Positions 18,794 to 28,466 of a stretch of DNA of 64,000 bases are shown here, piece by piece. Numbering within the stretch: the first letter of the stretch is position 1; each line of letters begins with the position of its first letter. The notes beneath the pieces are model-generated. The model searched no databases. It had not been told where the DNA came from and was given only the letters and a program-made list of their open reading frames with translations. Both the position numbers and the translations under genes were made by a program. Origin of the DNA: a virus; IMG/VR virus record IMGVR_UViG_3300009506_000021, positions 5,081 through 69,080 of that record; one strand, 5' to 3'.

Positions 18794-19471
18794 GTGAGCC
18801 CAGACGAACTACATCGGTTGTATGTTGAGGATCTCACAAAGATTGTGAGCTACGGTGGAGGTCCTCGACCTCGTGTGCGACACCCAGGAAAGTGGGAGGC
18901 ACTCGATCGTGTCATATATCTGAAGGAAAATCAGATTTCGTTGGCGAGTAGAAATGTGTGGGTCTGGAGCGACCTGCACTTCTACCACAAGAATATTATT
19001 GATTTCAGTGAGCGTCCTTACGACAACGTTGAGCAGATGAACGAACATCTGATCGCCAACTATAACGACTACGTTGGTCCTGATGATGTGAGCATTTGGG
19101 TTGGCGATGTTGGTTTTGCAAACGAAACCAAGATCAACGCACTTCTTGACCAATGTCAAGGCTACAAGATTCTGGTTCTTGGCAACCATGATTTTCATCG
19201 TCGCAAACGACCACTGAAACTGAACTTCGATGAGATACACTTGTTGTATGCTTACGAAACACCAGAAGTCGATTTGGTTTTCACCCACTATCCAATGGAC
19301 AATGTTCCATACCCTTGGGTCAATATTCATGGTCATTTACATGCGTACCCAAAAGCCGATACTGGACATCCACTACATTATAATGTATGCTGTGAATTAC
19401 ATGGGTATAAGCCTATCACGCTCGACAGCATTCTCCAAGTTGCAAAAATGAGAGTACAACACTATGATTGA
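18794..19471 (+). CDS. calcineurin-like metallophosphoesterase (start uncertain)
   Basis: SDLHF, GD, GNHD, THYP, HGHLH. Confidence 0.9.
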   Translation: MSPDELHRLYVEDLTKIVSYGGGPRPRVRHPGKWEALDRVIYLKENQISLASRNVWVWSDLHFYHKNIIDFSERPYDNVEQMNEHLIANYNDYVGPDDVSIWVGDVGFANETKINALLDQCQGYKILVLGNHDFHRRKRPLKLNFDEIHLLYAYETPEVDLVFTHYPMDNVPYPWVNIHGHLHAYPKADTGHPLHYNVCCELHGYKPITLDSILQVAKMRVQHYD

Positions 19472-19970
19472 GAGCCTGCAAGACCTTTTAACAAAACCAG
19501 AACCCAAAAAGAATACAGACGTAAAGGGACCAACGTGGCCGTTCAATTGGCATTACATGGTTGAGTTCGTTGTCGACTTGCGGGAACGCGAAGACGGAGG
19601 TGATCCGGAAATCCTTAAGCGCGAGTACATTACACTTGTTGGTGATATGGACTCAGACGCGTATTTTTCCGAGTGCGTTTGGAATGCGTTACCATCAGAT
19701 TTTCTCCCAACTCATGGGCGGGGAATCAATTTTGAAACGGATGAGTTTGATATTCGTGAACCTGCTGTCTACCGTTTCACATTTGGTGTGCGTACACAAG
19801 GTGAGAAATATTGGACTGACTGTGGGTATGAATATGACTCTTGGGAGGAGTACACACTGATTAACTTCTACAAGTTCACCGAGGAAGAAGTCGAGGTGTG
19901 TTGGGATCCACTTGATCCTATGGACGACTACGACATTCGTGAGCTCGACTATCCTTTGGAGACTGATTGA
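19464..19970 (+). CDS. acidic hypothetical protein
   Basis: 168 aa ORF in operon. Confidence 0.65.
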   Translation: MIESLQDLLTKPEPKKNTDVKGPTWPFNWHYMVEFVVDLREREDGGDPEILKREYITLVGDMDSDAYFSECVWNALPSDFLPTHGRGINFETDEFDIREPAVYRFTFGVRTQGEKYWTDCGYEYDSWEEYTLINFYKFTEEEVEVCWDPLDPMDDYDIRELDYPLETD

Positions 19971-19973
19971 TTT

Positions 19974-20165
19974 GTGATGCAGCAGGCAAAAACATTCACC
20001 TGCCAGCAGTGCGGCAAGATTTTTGGACTCGGAAGTGCCTATTTCGACAGCCGCAGTATGTCGCCTAAATATTACAAAGTAAACCAGGCAACCCAAAAAG
20101 TTGAACACGCCTACTGTAGTCCACACTGTAGTTTGGAATGGCACCAAAACAATCAAGGAAAGTAA
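19974..20165 (+). CDS. small zinc-finger protein
   Basis: CQQC...YCSPHCS. Confidence 0.6.
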   Translation: MMQQAKTFTCQQCGKIFGLGSAYFDSRSMSPKYYKVNQATQKVEHAYCSPHCSLEWHQNNQGK

Positions 20166-20166
20166 A

Positions 20167-20511
20167 ATGCTATTGGAACATGAAAAGAAACCTGAGCCCA
20201 AAAAGGAAGAACCAGTACAGGTTGACAAAAAGAAAGAAACCAAGAAGGTGCGAAAACCACTAAAGAATGGTTTTCGCACAAATCAGTTGTGCCCTGTTTG
20301 CATCGGTGGTAAACTGATTGCAAAGTGCCGAAGAGAGAGCGTGCCGTTTCGCGTGTTTGAACCTCAGCACGGAACCTTTACAATCATCAGCGAATTCTGT
20401 GTATGTGACTCATGCAGGACACAGATCACACTTGCGGAGCAAATTGACAGGAACGCCGCACAAGTTCAAAGAGAACGAGCAAGATGGGAACGAAAGCAAC
20501 AGAAAAAATGA
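20167..20511 (+). CDS. zinc-ribbon protein (YgiT/MqsA-type CxxC pair)
   Basis: CPVCIGG...CDSC...Q.DRN. Confidence 0.6.
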   Translation: MLLEHEKKPEPKKEEPVQVDKKKETKKVRKPLKNGFRTNQLCPVCIGGKLIAKCRRESVPFRVFEPQHGTFTIISEFCVCDSCRTQITLAEQIDRNAAQVQRERARWERKQQKK

Positions 20512-21821
20512 ATGGTAGCGAATACGTAAACGAACAGCGCAGAGAGTACTCTCTGTATGTCCTGCAGATGCGAGCCATCCCAGCAATCGCTGATGGTCTA
20601 AAGGCAGCACAACGACGTGTTCTTTGGACCGCACGAGATGGGAAGAAACATAAAAGTGCCACACTTGCTGGTGCTACGATGCCGATCCATCCACACGCAT
20701 CGCCTGAGGGTGCAATCAACACTCTCGCCGCTCCTTACGGAAACAACATTCCATTGCTCCATGGTGATGGGGCATTTGGCACTCTGCTCAACCCAACAGC
20801 GTATGGTGCCTCTCGGTATACTTCGGTGAAGGTATCTGAGTTCACAAAAGACGTAATGTTCGCTGACATTGAGCTTGTGCCGTTGCAAGAGAATTATGAC
20901 GGAACACTTGAAGAGCCAGTTCACTTTCTGCCTCTTGTTCCTGTCTCTCTTCTTAATGCAAGTGAAGGCATTGCAGTTGGTTTTGCCTCCAACATCCTTC
21001 CACGTGCTCTTGAAGATATTATCACGGACCAGATCAATCACCTACGAGGCAAGAAGATCAAAGAGCGTAGTCCAACATTCTATCCAACAAACGCAGTTGG
21101 TATCAAGGTGATGGATGGAAAGTGGGCGTTCAGTGGTAAGTTTGAGGTGATGAACACGACAACAATTCGCATCACGCAGCTTCCGTATGGAGCAAGTCAC
21201 GAGAAGTACGTTGAGCATCTTTTGAAACTCGAGGAAGAAGGTAAAATCGTTGACTTCGAGGACAACTCCAAAAACATATACGACATTGTGGTCAAATTCA
21301 AAAGAGGCATGATCGCCGATGTAGGCAAGGTGATGAAGCTGCTGAAACTGACCACAACGTCAAATGAGAATATGAACCTGTTGGATTTCGACGGGGAGCG
21401 TGTTCTTGCTGCTGAATACGTGCAGGTCGTTCAAGACTTCACAGATTGGCGGCTGAGCTGGTATAAACAGCGTTATGAGCGGTTAGCCAAGCTCCTTGAC
21501 ATCGACATTCAGAAGTATAAGGACATCCTTCTAGCCATCAAGAAAAACGTTGGTGGCATGGTCAAAAAGATCAAGTCGAGGGCAGAATTGAAGAGTTTTT
21601 TGACCGAAATCGGCATTGTCCACATCGATTACATTGCTGATCTGCCCATTTACCGTTTCACGGAAGAAGAGCGCATCAAAACCGAAGGAAAGCTGAAAGA
21701 TGCGAATGACCAGATGAAGAAGTATAGGGTCCTGTTGACAAAACCAGAAGAACGTAGTAAAGTGTATGTGTCTGAATTGCAGACTGTTTTGAAGAATTTT
21801 CAGAAAGGCAATTATGCATAA
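20508..21821 (+). CDS. DNA topoisomerase II medium (GyrA/ParC-like, gp52) subunit
   Basis: RAIP..ADGLK..QRR, HPH, catalytic ASRYT, EGIAVGFAS. Confidence 0.95.
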   Translation: MNGSEYVNEQRREYSLYVLQMRAIPAIADGLKAAQRRVLWTARDGKKHKSATLAGATMPIHPHASPEGAINTLAAPYGNNIPLLHGDGAFGTLLNPTAYGASRYTSVKVSEFTKDVMFADIELVPLQENYDGTLEEPVHFLPLVPVSLLNASEGIAVGFASNILPRALEDIITDQINHLRGKKIKERSPTFYPTNAVGIKVMDGKWAFSGKFEVMNTTTIRITQLPYGASHEKYVEHLLKLEEEGKIVDFEDNSKNIYDIVVKFKRGMIADVGKVMKLLKLTTTSNENMNLLDFDGERVLAAEYVQVVQDFTDWRLSWYKQRYERLAKLLDIDIQKYKDILLAIKKNVGGMVKKIKSRAELKSFLTEIGIVHIDYIADLPIYRFTEEERIKTEGKLKDANDQMKKYRVLLTKPEERSKVYVSELQTVLKNFQKGNYA

Positions 21822-22086
21822 CGCTTCTGCTGATTATGGTGAAATTACCCATTATATGTTTTACCTGTCCCTCCTCGACACCAAAAGATTACGAGGTAAA
21901 TATCGTATATCCAATGAGGACCTTCCTCATGGTGTTGTAGTGTCCGCCAAACGTGAACATATCATTGAGCACCTTGCTCAGGAAAAGTTTGGTGTTGACG
22001 CGATGCATAACTATCACAACCAGTGCATCGAGTGGGACATAACAGAAAAGCTGATGAGCAAAACAGGCAAGAGAAAGAAAGCATGA
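21814..22086 (+). CDS. hypothetical protein
   Basis: overlapping operon gene. Confidence 0.55.
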   Translation: MHNASADYGEITHYMFYLSLLDTKRLRGKYRISNEDLPHGVVVSAKREHIIEHLAQEKFGVDAMHNYHNQCIEWDITEKLMSKTGKRKKA

Positions 22087-22349
22087 GTAGACACCATTAC
22101 GTGCATGCGCACGAAGCAAGTACAATCGATTACGATATCAAGCACCGCTCCGCAATAGAGCTACAAGAACTTTACGGGATTGAATTTTTCGAGGACCCTG
22201 ACTCGAAGTTGGGTCGCGTTTATGATCCTGTTCTGCACAAAGAGTTTGGTTCGCTTTCAGAGTGGGCTGCGACACAAGTGCAGGACGAAGAGTGGAGCGA
22301 ACTCGCCCATGCTCACCAGAACAGTCGTATTTTCGACGACGAACACTAA
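22083..22349 (+). CDS. hypothetical protein
   Basis: ATGA overlap with previous gene. Confidence 0.6.
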   Translation: MSRHHYVHAHEASTIDYDIKHRSAIELQELYGIEFFEDPDSKLGRVYDPVLHKEFGSLSEWAATQVQDEEWSELAHAHQNSRIFDDEH

Positions 22350-22474
22350 TCCTTTTTGTTCTTAGGTTTATGGTTCTTGTGTACGGACGCAACTGCCAGT
22401 CCGCAGCAAGGACATAACCATTTTTTCGTATTCAAAACAAACCTCATTGTTTTGTAACACTGGTCGCAGATCAT
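22346..22474 (-). CDS. small zinc-ribbon protein (42 aa)
   Basis: MICDQC...WLCPCCG; start overlaps upstream stop (TAATG). Confidence 0.5.
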   Translation of the reverse strand: MICDQCYKTMRFVLNTKKWLCPCCGLAVASVHKNHKPKNKKD

Positions 22475-22974
22475 TAGATTCCTAGTTCCTTCAGTTGTTT
22501 GATTGTGTCTGCAGCATTCTTGTGAAGAATGCCAATTCCTCCTGCCTCTCTCCAAGGACCGATCGACTTCGCTCGATCATCAATCAGTATGTGGTTTGGT
22601 GCAGCGTATTTTGCTTTCAGTCTTGATTTCTGCACAATGTGAACTGGCACATTCGGATCAATGTGCTCAGCCACCCACTTACGTTTTTGTGCTTCCGCAC
22701 CAAACTGTGGATCACCAGCGGCAGATAGAATTTCAGGCTTGTGCTTCTTAACGTAGTTCCAGAGCGTCATTGCATCAGACATCAGTGGAAGGTCATACCA
22801 TAGCGTACCACCTCTCAGCGAGTATGCCTTAATGTATTTCCACATGTCTTTTGGGTTTTGTTTTTTCATTGGTGCTTTTAGCAGGTCGCTTGCACCTTTA
22901 TCGAAGTCGGCGAGAACGCCGTCAATGTCTACGTATAATTTATAAGGCTCCTGCTTCAACTCGGTCAACTTCAC
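22474..22974 (-). CDS. HAD-family 5'(3')-deoxyribonucleotidase-like protein
   Basis: YVDIDGVLADF, K.KW, ILIDDR, W..AGGIGILH. Confidence 0.85.
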   Translation of the reverse strand: MKLTELKQEPYKLYVDIDGVLADFDKGASDLLKAPMKKQNPKDMWKYIKAYSLRGGTLWYDLPLMSDAMTLWNYVKKHKPEILSAAGDPQFGAEAQKRKWVAEHIDPNVPVHIVQKSRLKAKYAAPNHILIDDRAKSIGPWREAGGIGILHKNAADTIKQLKELGI

Positions 22975-23323
22975 GATCGGTCCTCTGCTGCAAAAATCTT
23001 TTTAGTGTCATTCTTTTTTCTTTGGATTTCTTGATATCGGCTCGAGTGTCCTTACCTTTGAACTCATCATCTACTTTTGTGAGATCGTACTCAAGCTCAG
23101 CTGGTCCCGAACCTGGATGCATAGTTGCACCAGATCCACCCAAGCCAGTCCCTGTGTTCGAGCGAACTTCATTGATCTGAGCCTTTCTGCGCCATACAGT
23201 TAGAGGTCCATTCGCCATCTTGGTGCGGGATTCTTTACCTTTGTACGGCAATGCTGTACCAGCTGTTTTCCCAAGGAAATTGTACAGGCTAAGTTCGGTG
23301 TCTATGATATCAGAGAGATGCAT
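22940..23323 (-). CDS. hypothetical protein
   Basis: ATG 5 nt downstream of a TAAATA box. Confidence 0.6.
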   Translation of the reverse strand: MHLSDIIDTELSLYNFLGKTAGTALPYKGKESRTKMANGPLTVWRRKAQINEVRSNTGTGLGGSGATMHPGSGPAELEYDLTKVDDEFKGKDTRADIKKSKEKRMTLKRFLQQRTDREVDRVEAGAL

Positions 23324-23334
23324 AAGGGTATTTA

Positions 23335-23514
23335 CTACTTACCCTCAAAAAATTGCGCAATGGTACGAGCTATTGCGTGTTGCTCCTTAATCCGCTGTCG
23401 CTCTTTCTCCCAAACGTCGTTGGGGATTCGCCAGATCCTAATGGCGAGAGCAATAAGGGTAACAAAAAAGAACCCTCCCGTTATTAGAACCAACGCTCTA
23501 TAAAGATCATCCAT
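23335..23514 (-). CDS. small membrane protein (59 aa, not in ORF track)
   Basis: MDDLYRALVLITGGFFFVTLIALAIRIWRIP...; downstream of TTGACC-18-TATAAT (23551-23522). Confidence 0.6.
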   Translation of the reverse strand: MDDLYRALVLITGGFFFVTLIALAIRIWRIPNDVWEKERQRIKEQHAIARTIAQFFEGK

Positions 23515-23670
23515 TGCGAATATTATACAATGAGGTCGAACTTCTGGTCAACACCGCATTCAAAAACAATGGGTATGACCAGAGGTTGACAGGAGGGACC
23601 TTATTATCTGTAGAAAAGTTTTGCCTTTCTTTTTCTTTACACTTCTTGCAACTGTTACCTAAATACATAT

Positions 23671-24276
23671 ATGACATTCACCGTATACAAACTAACAAAC
23701 CAAATTACTGGTCAACTTTATTTTGGCTATACGCATCAAACGATGCAACAGCGTCTTTCGGGGCACAAGGGAGAACCTCGCAACACTCTCATATCTCGGT
23801 CCATTCGCAAATACGGCATAAACAACTTTTCTGTGGAAGTTGTGCGTACCTTTGACCAAGAAGAACCTGCTCTACAACAGGAAGTACAACTAATTGCTGA
23901 ACACAAAACCAATCGTTTGAAATTTCCGAAAGGAAATGGACTAAACATGACAGATGGTGGCGAAGGTGCATCAGGGTACAAACATACAGCAAAACAACGA
24001 CAAAAGTGGAAGCAAACTCGTAAAGGACAATTTGCAGGAGATAAACATCCTGCCTGGGGTAAGTTCGGTGCTAACAATCCCTGTGCTAAACGAGTTTATG
24101 TATACCATGCAGATACAAAACATCTGTTTGCTGTGTATGATTCCATTCGTGATGCCGCAAAAGATTTAGATGTTCATCCGAGCAACATCTCCAAATGCTG
24201 CTCGGATAAGTATCCAAATACACATAGCCTAAAAGGATTTATGTTTTCCAAAACTCCTTTATCCGCATTTACTTGA
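23671..24276 (+). mobile_element. free-standing GIY-YIG homing endonuclease (Seg-like) with NUMOD3/NUMOD1 domains
   Basis: TVYKLTN..TGQLYFGYT, R..H, E, GLNMTDGGEG, KHT...RQK, YDSIRDAAKDL....SNISKCC; convergent with and overlapping the RNR 3' end. Confidence 0.88.
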
Positions 24277-26820
24277 ACCACAACTAACGCATTTTTTGCA
24301 GCCCTCACTAAACACTATACTGGAAGCCCCACACTCCTGACACTTTTCATCTTCAACCTTTTCTCCATCTTTGATATAGGATGACAAGAACTTCTTGATC
24401 TGAAATGCGAATGTACCGACATACGCACTCTCGCACTTGTCGAGTGTAGCAACGATGTTCTTGATAAGAACACCATGACGTAGCAGGAAGCTAATCAGGC
24501 GAGCAACCTTGCTTGAATTTGTATCTGTGTACATCTTGCTTTCAACATCGTCACGATGGCGTTTTGGAATTCTCTTCTTACGAGCAAGCGCCATTAGAAG
24601 ATCGACAGCTTCATCGGACACGATTGTCTTTTCGTGAGAGTTGGTCTTAACAAACAGTGCAAATGGACGATCAGGCTTGTCTTCGTGATACACAACTGTC
24701 AGATACCATTTGCGACCTTCTGCACGCAGCGTCTTCATAACAGCGGGCGCTGAATCGGGTAGCTTGACGTCATCTTTGATGATCTCTTCATCCGATGCAT
24801 CTGCATCCTTCTCGTCCTTGGCAGAAAGAACAGTTGTCATTGTACCGGAGCGATAAGTTGTAACACCTTTCACATAACCACTCTCGAACGAGTCCAGATA
24901 AATGTCCTTGAACTTCTCAAATGCATAGTCGTGCGGCACGTTGATGGTCTTTGACATAGCACTGTCAACCCAACGAGCAAACCCCTGCAAATCAGAAACG
25001 TGGTCCTGAACTGTCATATTTGCTGTGGTGACCGCCCATTCGGCTTCCGGATCCCACTCACCGCGTTCAGCCAACCAACGTACACCGTAATCCTGACAAA
25101 GAACCTCTTTGGGCAAACCACGATTTTTATCAATCTTGTAAGTGATACCGTTGTGTTTGCCTTTGAGAATTTCCTCGTCACCTTCCTTCGTGAACTTGAA
25201 CATAGAAGTTTCCATCCACTCACCTTCGTACCACTTAGGACACACATCGGCGATTTCCTCTGGCATTGTGTTAACAATAACGGTGCGGATGTATTCGGGC
25301 ATGAAGATAGGTTCCAGACCACCCGAAACAACGTTTGCTAGAATGGACGTGTTTCCTGTTGGCTGAATAGAAAGCAGAGAGCTATTACGAATACCAGTTG
25401 TGCGAAGCTTGTCCATGTACTCAGTGGGTAGTTCAAGACTATTGACAAACACACCTTCAGCATGCTTTTCTGGATTGCAGTACTCGAACATACCTTTCTC
25501 TTCTGCAAGGTCGATTGAGGACATATATGCTTCACGTGCAATTGCACTCATGACCTGCTCACGAAGTTCGGTTGCTCGTTCGGAACCAAACCGAACCTTT
25601 AGCATGAACAGGGCAGAACCCCAACCCAAAATGCCAATACCAACACGACGCTTCTTACGCATCGAGTCAACGTACTCAGGAAGAGGAGCATCAGAGAGGT
25701 CGTTGATATTGTCTAGGAAACGGTTCATGAAGCGAACATACTTCTTGATGGCACGCAGGTTGAAACCAGTACGATCTTTATTAAGGAACTGTGTTAGGTT
25801 AATAGAACCAAGATTACAAACACCGCCCGGAGCAAGTGTCTGCTCACCACATGGATTAGTGGCAACGATTGTCTCTAGGTAGCTCAGAGGACCAAAATGA
25901 TTAGCACGGTCGAGAAAGAGAACGCCTGGCTCTGCACGGTTGTAGGTGGATTCCATAACCAAGTTCCAAAGCCACAACGCGGAAACCGTATTGTACACTT
26001 CTACATCAAATCCTTTTGCCTCCCACTGTGCGAGATTGCCTGTCCACTGTGTGCGGTATTTTTCGTGGCTCGTGTCAGGAAAACGCAAGTGCCACTGATC
26101 TTCAATTTCGATCTCTTCATCAGAGGCACCGTTCTTTTTCATCTCAAGGACTTTGAGAACCTTGTTCATGAATTCATCTGTGCAGTTAACAGAGACGTTG
26201 AACTTTGTCAGACGACCAGGCTGCTGTTTGGCAGTGATGAACTCAACGATGTCGGGGTGCCAAACATCAAGGACGCCCATCATTGCACCTTTACGAATCT
26301 TACCCTTTGCTTTCTTGTTCTTGGACTTCTTGCCAGAACCAGAAGTGATGATCTCAGAAGACTTGTCAAACATCTCCATGTACTTGACAGCACCTGGCGT
26401 CTCAACACCAATGCCATGAATGAAGGCACCACGTGGACGGATATATGAGAAGTTTTCGCCCCAACCACCTTCAGACTTCAGAGTGAAAGACTGATTGCGG
26501 ACGTTCTTAATGATGTTCTCAAGTGAATCAATGTCATTGCGACTGCGAGGTGCAACGAAACAGTTCATGAGGGTGGTACCTTTCCATTCGGTACCAGCGT
26601 TTGAGTAAATGCGGCCACCTGAAGTAGTCTTAAAACCACTTAGCATGTCGTAGAAGTTTTCAGCCCATTCGTCCCTTAGAGCTTTGTTCTTTTCGACACT
26701 GGCTGCTGCGGTTGCAACCCGTCGAAGAGTATCGTCTATGGTGTTATCTTTATGATCTTTATATGTAGTGCTCCATACTTCTTCTGAGAAGGAATCCTCA
26801 AAAACAGTCCCCTTAGACAT
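24259..26820 (-). CDS. nrdJ: ribonucleotide reductase, probably class II (adenosylcobalamin-dependent)
   Basis: GGRI..NAG, LMNCFV, TNPCGEQ, CNLGSINL, IQPTG, KGVTTYR; C-terminal CxxC..EGC..C..CG.SKC; no beta subunit adjacent. Confidence 0.88.
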   Translation of the reverse strand: MSKGTVFEDSFSEEVWSTTYKDHKDNTIDDTLRRVATAAASVEKNKALRDEWAENFYDMLSGFKTTSGGRIYSNAGTEWKGTTLMNCFVAPRSRNDIDSLENIIKNVRNQSFTLKSEGGWGENFSYIRPRGAFIHGIGVETPGAVKYMEMFDKSSEIITSGSGKKSKNKKAKGKIRKGAMMGVLDVWHPDIVEFITAKQQPGRLTKFNVSVNCTDEFMNKVLKVLEMKKNGASDEEIEIEDQWHLRFPDTSHEKYRTQWTGNLAQWEAKGFDVEVYNTVSALWLWNLVMESTYNRAEPGVLFLDRANHFGPLSYLETIVATNPCGEQTLAPGGVCNLGSINLTQFLNKDRTGFNLRAIKKYVRFMNRFLDNINDLSDAPLPEYVDSMRKKRRVGIGILGWGSALFMLKVRFGSERATELREQVMSAIAREAYMSSIDLAEEKGMFEYCNPEKHAEGVFVNSLELPTEYMDKLRTTGIRNSSLLSIQPTGNTSILANVVSGGLEPIFMPEYIRTVIVNTMPEEIADVCPKWYEGEWMETSMFKFTKEGDEEILKGKHNGITYKIDKNRGLPKEVLCQDYGVRWLAERGEWDPEAEWAVTTANMTVQDHVSDLQGFARWVDSAMSKTINVPHDYAFEKFKDIYLDSFESGYVKGVTTYRSGTMTTVLSAKDEKDADASDEEIIKDDVKLPDSAPAVMKTLRAEGRKWYLTVVYHEDKPDRPFALFVKTNSHEKTIVSDEAVDLLMALARKKRIPKRHRDDVESKMYTDTNSSKVARLISFLLRHGVLIKNIVATLDKCESAYVGTFAFQIKKFLSSYIKDGEKVEDEKCQECGASSIVFSEGCKKCVSCGSSKCG

Positions 26821-26841
26821 TTATCATGCTCCTTGTTATTC

Positions 26842-27267
26842 TTATTGTTTGAAAAAATGTTCTGGAAGTTGCTCTGTCTCTACGTGATGCTTTTTGAGAT
26901 AGTCAACTCCGTTTGCGTTTCGATATAGTTCAACGTAATATACTTTTTTAATGCCAGCATCCACAACACGGGATGCACAGCCTTTGCAAGGAGCAGTCGT
27001 GACAAACATGACTCCTCCATCTGCAGATTCTGGACGTTTCGTTAGTTTACGAAGAGCATTGTCTTCGGCGTGAATCGTCTCTGGTTTTGTATCTCCATTA
27101 CAATCCTCACAGACGTTTTCTTCACCCGAAGGGGTACCGTTGTACCCAATTGCGATGATGCTGTCATCTTTGACGATGACGCAGCCAACCTTCCGTCGCT
27201 CACAATATGAAAGGTCAGCGTATACGTACGCTGCACGCATGTGAGCAATAGCGAATTTTTCTTTCAT
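26842..27267 (-). CDS. dCMP deaminase
   Basis: KVGCVIV, GYNGTP, HAEDNA, PCKGC. Confidence 0.93.
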   Translation of the reverse strand: MKEKFAIAHMRAAYVYADLSYCERRKVGCVIVKDDSIIAIGYNGTPSGEENVCEDCNGDTKPETIHAEDNALRKLTKRPESADGGVMFVTTAPCKGCASRVVDAGIKKVYYVELYRNANGVDYLKKHHVETEQLPEHFFKQ

Positions 27268-27306
27268 GAGGTAAAGTCTATTTAGTTATTGTTATTGTTG
27301 AGCCAA

Positions 27307-27377
27307 AGCATATCTCTAACTGCGCTACCTGTCAAGGGTTATGTTTGGTTGACCTGTAAAACTTTTTCAAGTATTAT
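27307..27377. promoter_or_regulatory. divergent sigma70-type promoters
   Basis: minus strand TTGACA-17-TATGCT (27335-27307); plus strand TTGACC-17-TATTAT (27349-27377). Confidence 0.7.
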
Positions 27378-27410
27378 CCCATATAAAGAACGACTATAAA
27401 AGGGTATGAT

Positions 27411-27872
27411 ATGAAATCTCAATATCTGATTTATTTAGCGGGCGCCATCACAGGACAGTCGTATCAGGGCTGCACGGACTGGCGACAGTATGTCATGGAC
27501 AATCTTCACAAGGATCTTGTCGGTCTTTCTCCTATGCGACACAAAGATTATCTTTTGGAGGAAGTTCAAGTTGCAGACATATATGAGGACTCGGTCCTAT
27601 CATGTCAGCGTGGCATATTTGCAAGAGATCATTGGGACTGCCACAGATGCGACGCTGTCCTCGTTAATCTGGTTGGTACCGAACGTGTCAGCATTGGAAC
27701 AGTAATGGAGATCGCTTGGGCGCATGCATACAAAAAACCAATTGTGCTCGTCATGGAAGAAGGCAACATTCACGAGCATGCGATGATTCGTGAAGCTTGT
27801 CCGTTCCGTGTGAACACAATTGACGAAGCGATTGACGTTCTGAAGGCTCTTTTTGTTTCTATTGACCACTAA
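27411..27872 (+). CDS. nucleoside 2-deoxyribosyltransferase-like protein
   Basis: IYLAG, D..CDAVLVNL, SIGTVMEIAWA. Confidence 0.85.
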   Translation: MKSQYLIYLAGAITGQSYQGCTDWRQYVMDNLHKDLVGLSPMRHKDYLLEEVQVADIYEDSVLSCQRGIFARDHWDCHRCDAVLVNLVGTERVSIGTVMEIAWAHAYKKPIVLVMEEGNIHEHAMIREACPFRVNTIDEAIDVLKALFVSIDH

Positions 27873-27877
27873 ATACT

Positions 27878-28102
27878 ATGATGACGCAAAGCGAAAAAGA
27901 AGCCCTTCTAAATTATCTGGAATTTCTGTTGGTCAAGGATTTCATCGAGCCCATCTTAGATAAGCATATACACGACGCTGACGTTCTTGCGTGTTGCTAC
28001 GACAAAGCCTATGAAATTGTCAACGAGTTGGACAGGGAAATTGCACCCAGTAGTCAACTTCCACCTCAACTTCCACCTGTTGACACCAAAAAGAATATCT
28101 AG
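27878..28102 (+). CDS. hypothetical protein
   Basis: follows a TAAATA box; start may be ATG 27881. Confidence 0.55.
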   Translation: MMTQSEKEALLNYLEFLLVKDFIEPILDKHIHDADVLACCYDKAYEIVNELDREIAPSSQLPPQLPPVDTKKNI

Positions 28103-28108
28103 TATTAT
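28080..28108 (+). promoter_or_regulatory. sigma70-type promoter
   Basis: TTGACA-17-TATTAT. Confidence 0.75.
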
Positions 28109-28166
28109 AAAGATGTAGGTGCACTCTTTTAGGGTGCTGTGTTCAACCAAAGCCAGGAGACTGACA

Positions 28167-28421
28167 ATGGCTAAAAGGGAAGAGAAGAAGGAGATCAATG
28201 TTGATCAGGTAATCTCCTATCTCACTAATGCCTTTAGTAAGGCTAGTCGCCATCTGGGGTTCAAAAATCAGAAAGGAACCGCCCTTTATGATTTCCAGGT
28301 GGACTTCATGTATCTGCTCGACGACATCAAGCGCGGTCCTGCTTACATCGTCACCATGAGCATCGCTCAGGCGAATGAACTCATCGAGCAGGTTTCCAAC
28401 TACACTGAAACCAGCAAGTAA
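28167..28421 (+). CDS. hypothetical protein
   Basis: AGGAG RBS, own promoter and terminator. Confidence 0.75.
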   Translation: MAKREEKKEINVDQVISYLTNAFSKASRHLGFKNQKGTALYDFQVDFMYLLDDIKRGPAYIVTMSIAQANELIEQVSNYTETSK

Positions 28422-28434
28422 GGTTGGAGGAGCG

Positions 28435-28458
28435 AAGGGGGCGTGAGCCCCCTTTTTT
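28435..28458 (+). terminator. intrinsic terminator
   Basis: AAGGGGGC-gtga-GCCCCCTT followed by T run. Confidence 0.85.
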
Positions 28459-28466
28459 GTCTTTCC

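Noticed and set aside
16659-26820. Introns, inteins or a gene 60-style ribosomal bypass in topoisomerase or RNR
   Set aside because: Each reads as one continuous ORF of expected size with no intein motifs; the endonuclease lies outside the RNR frame.
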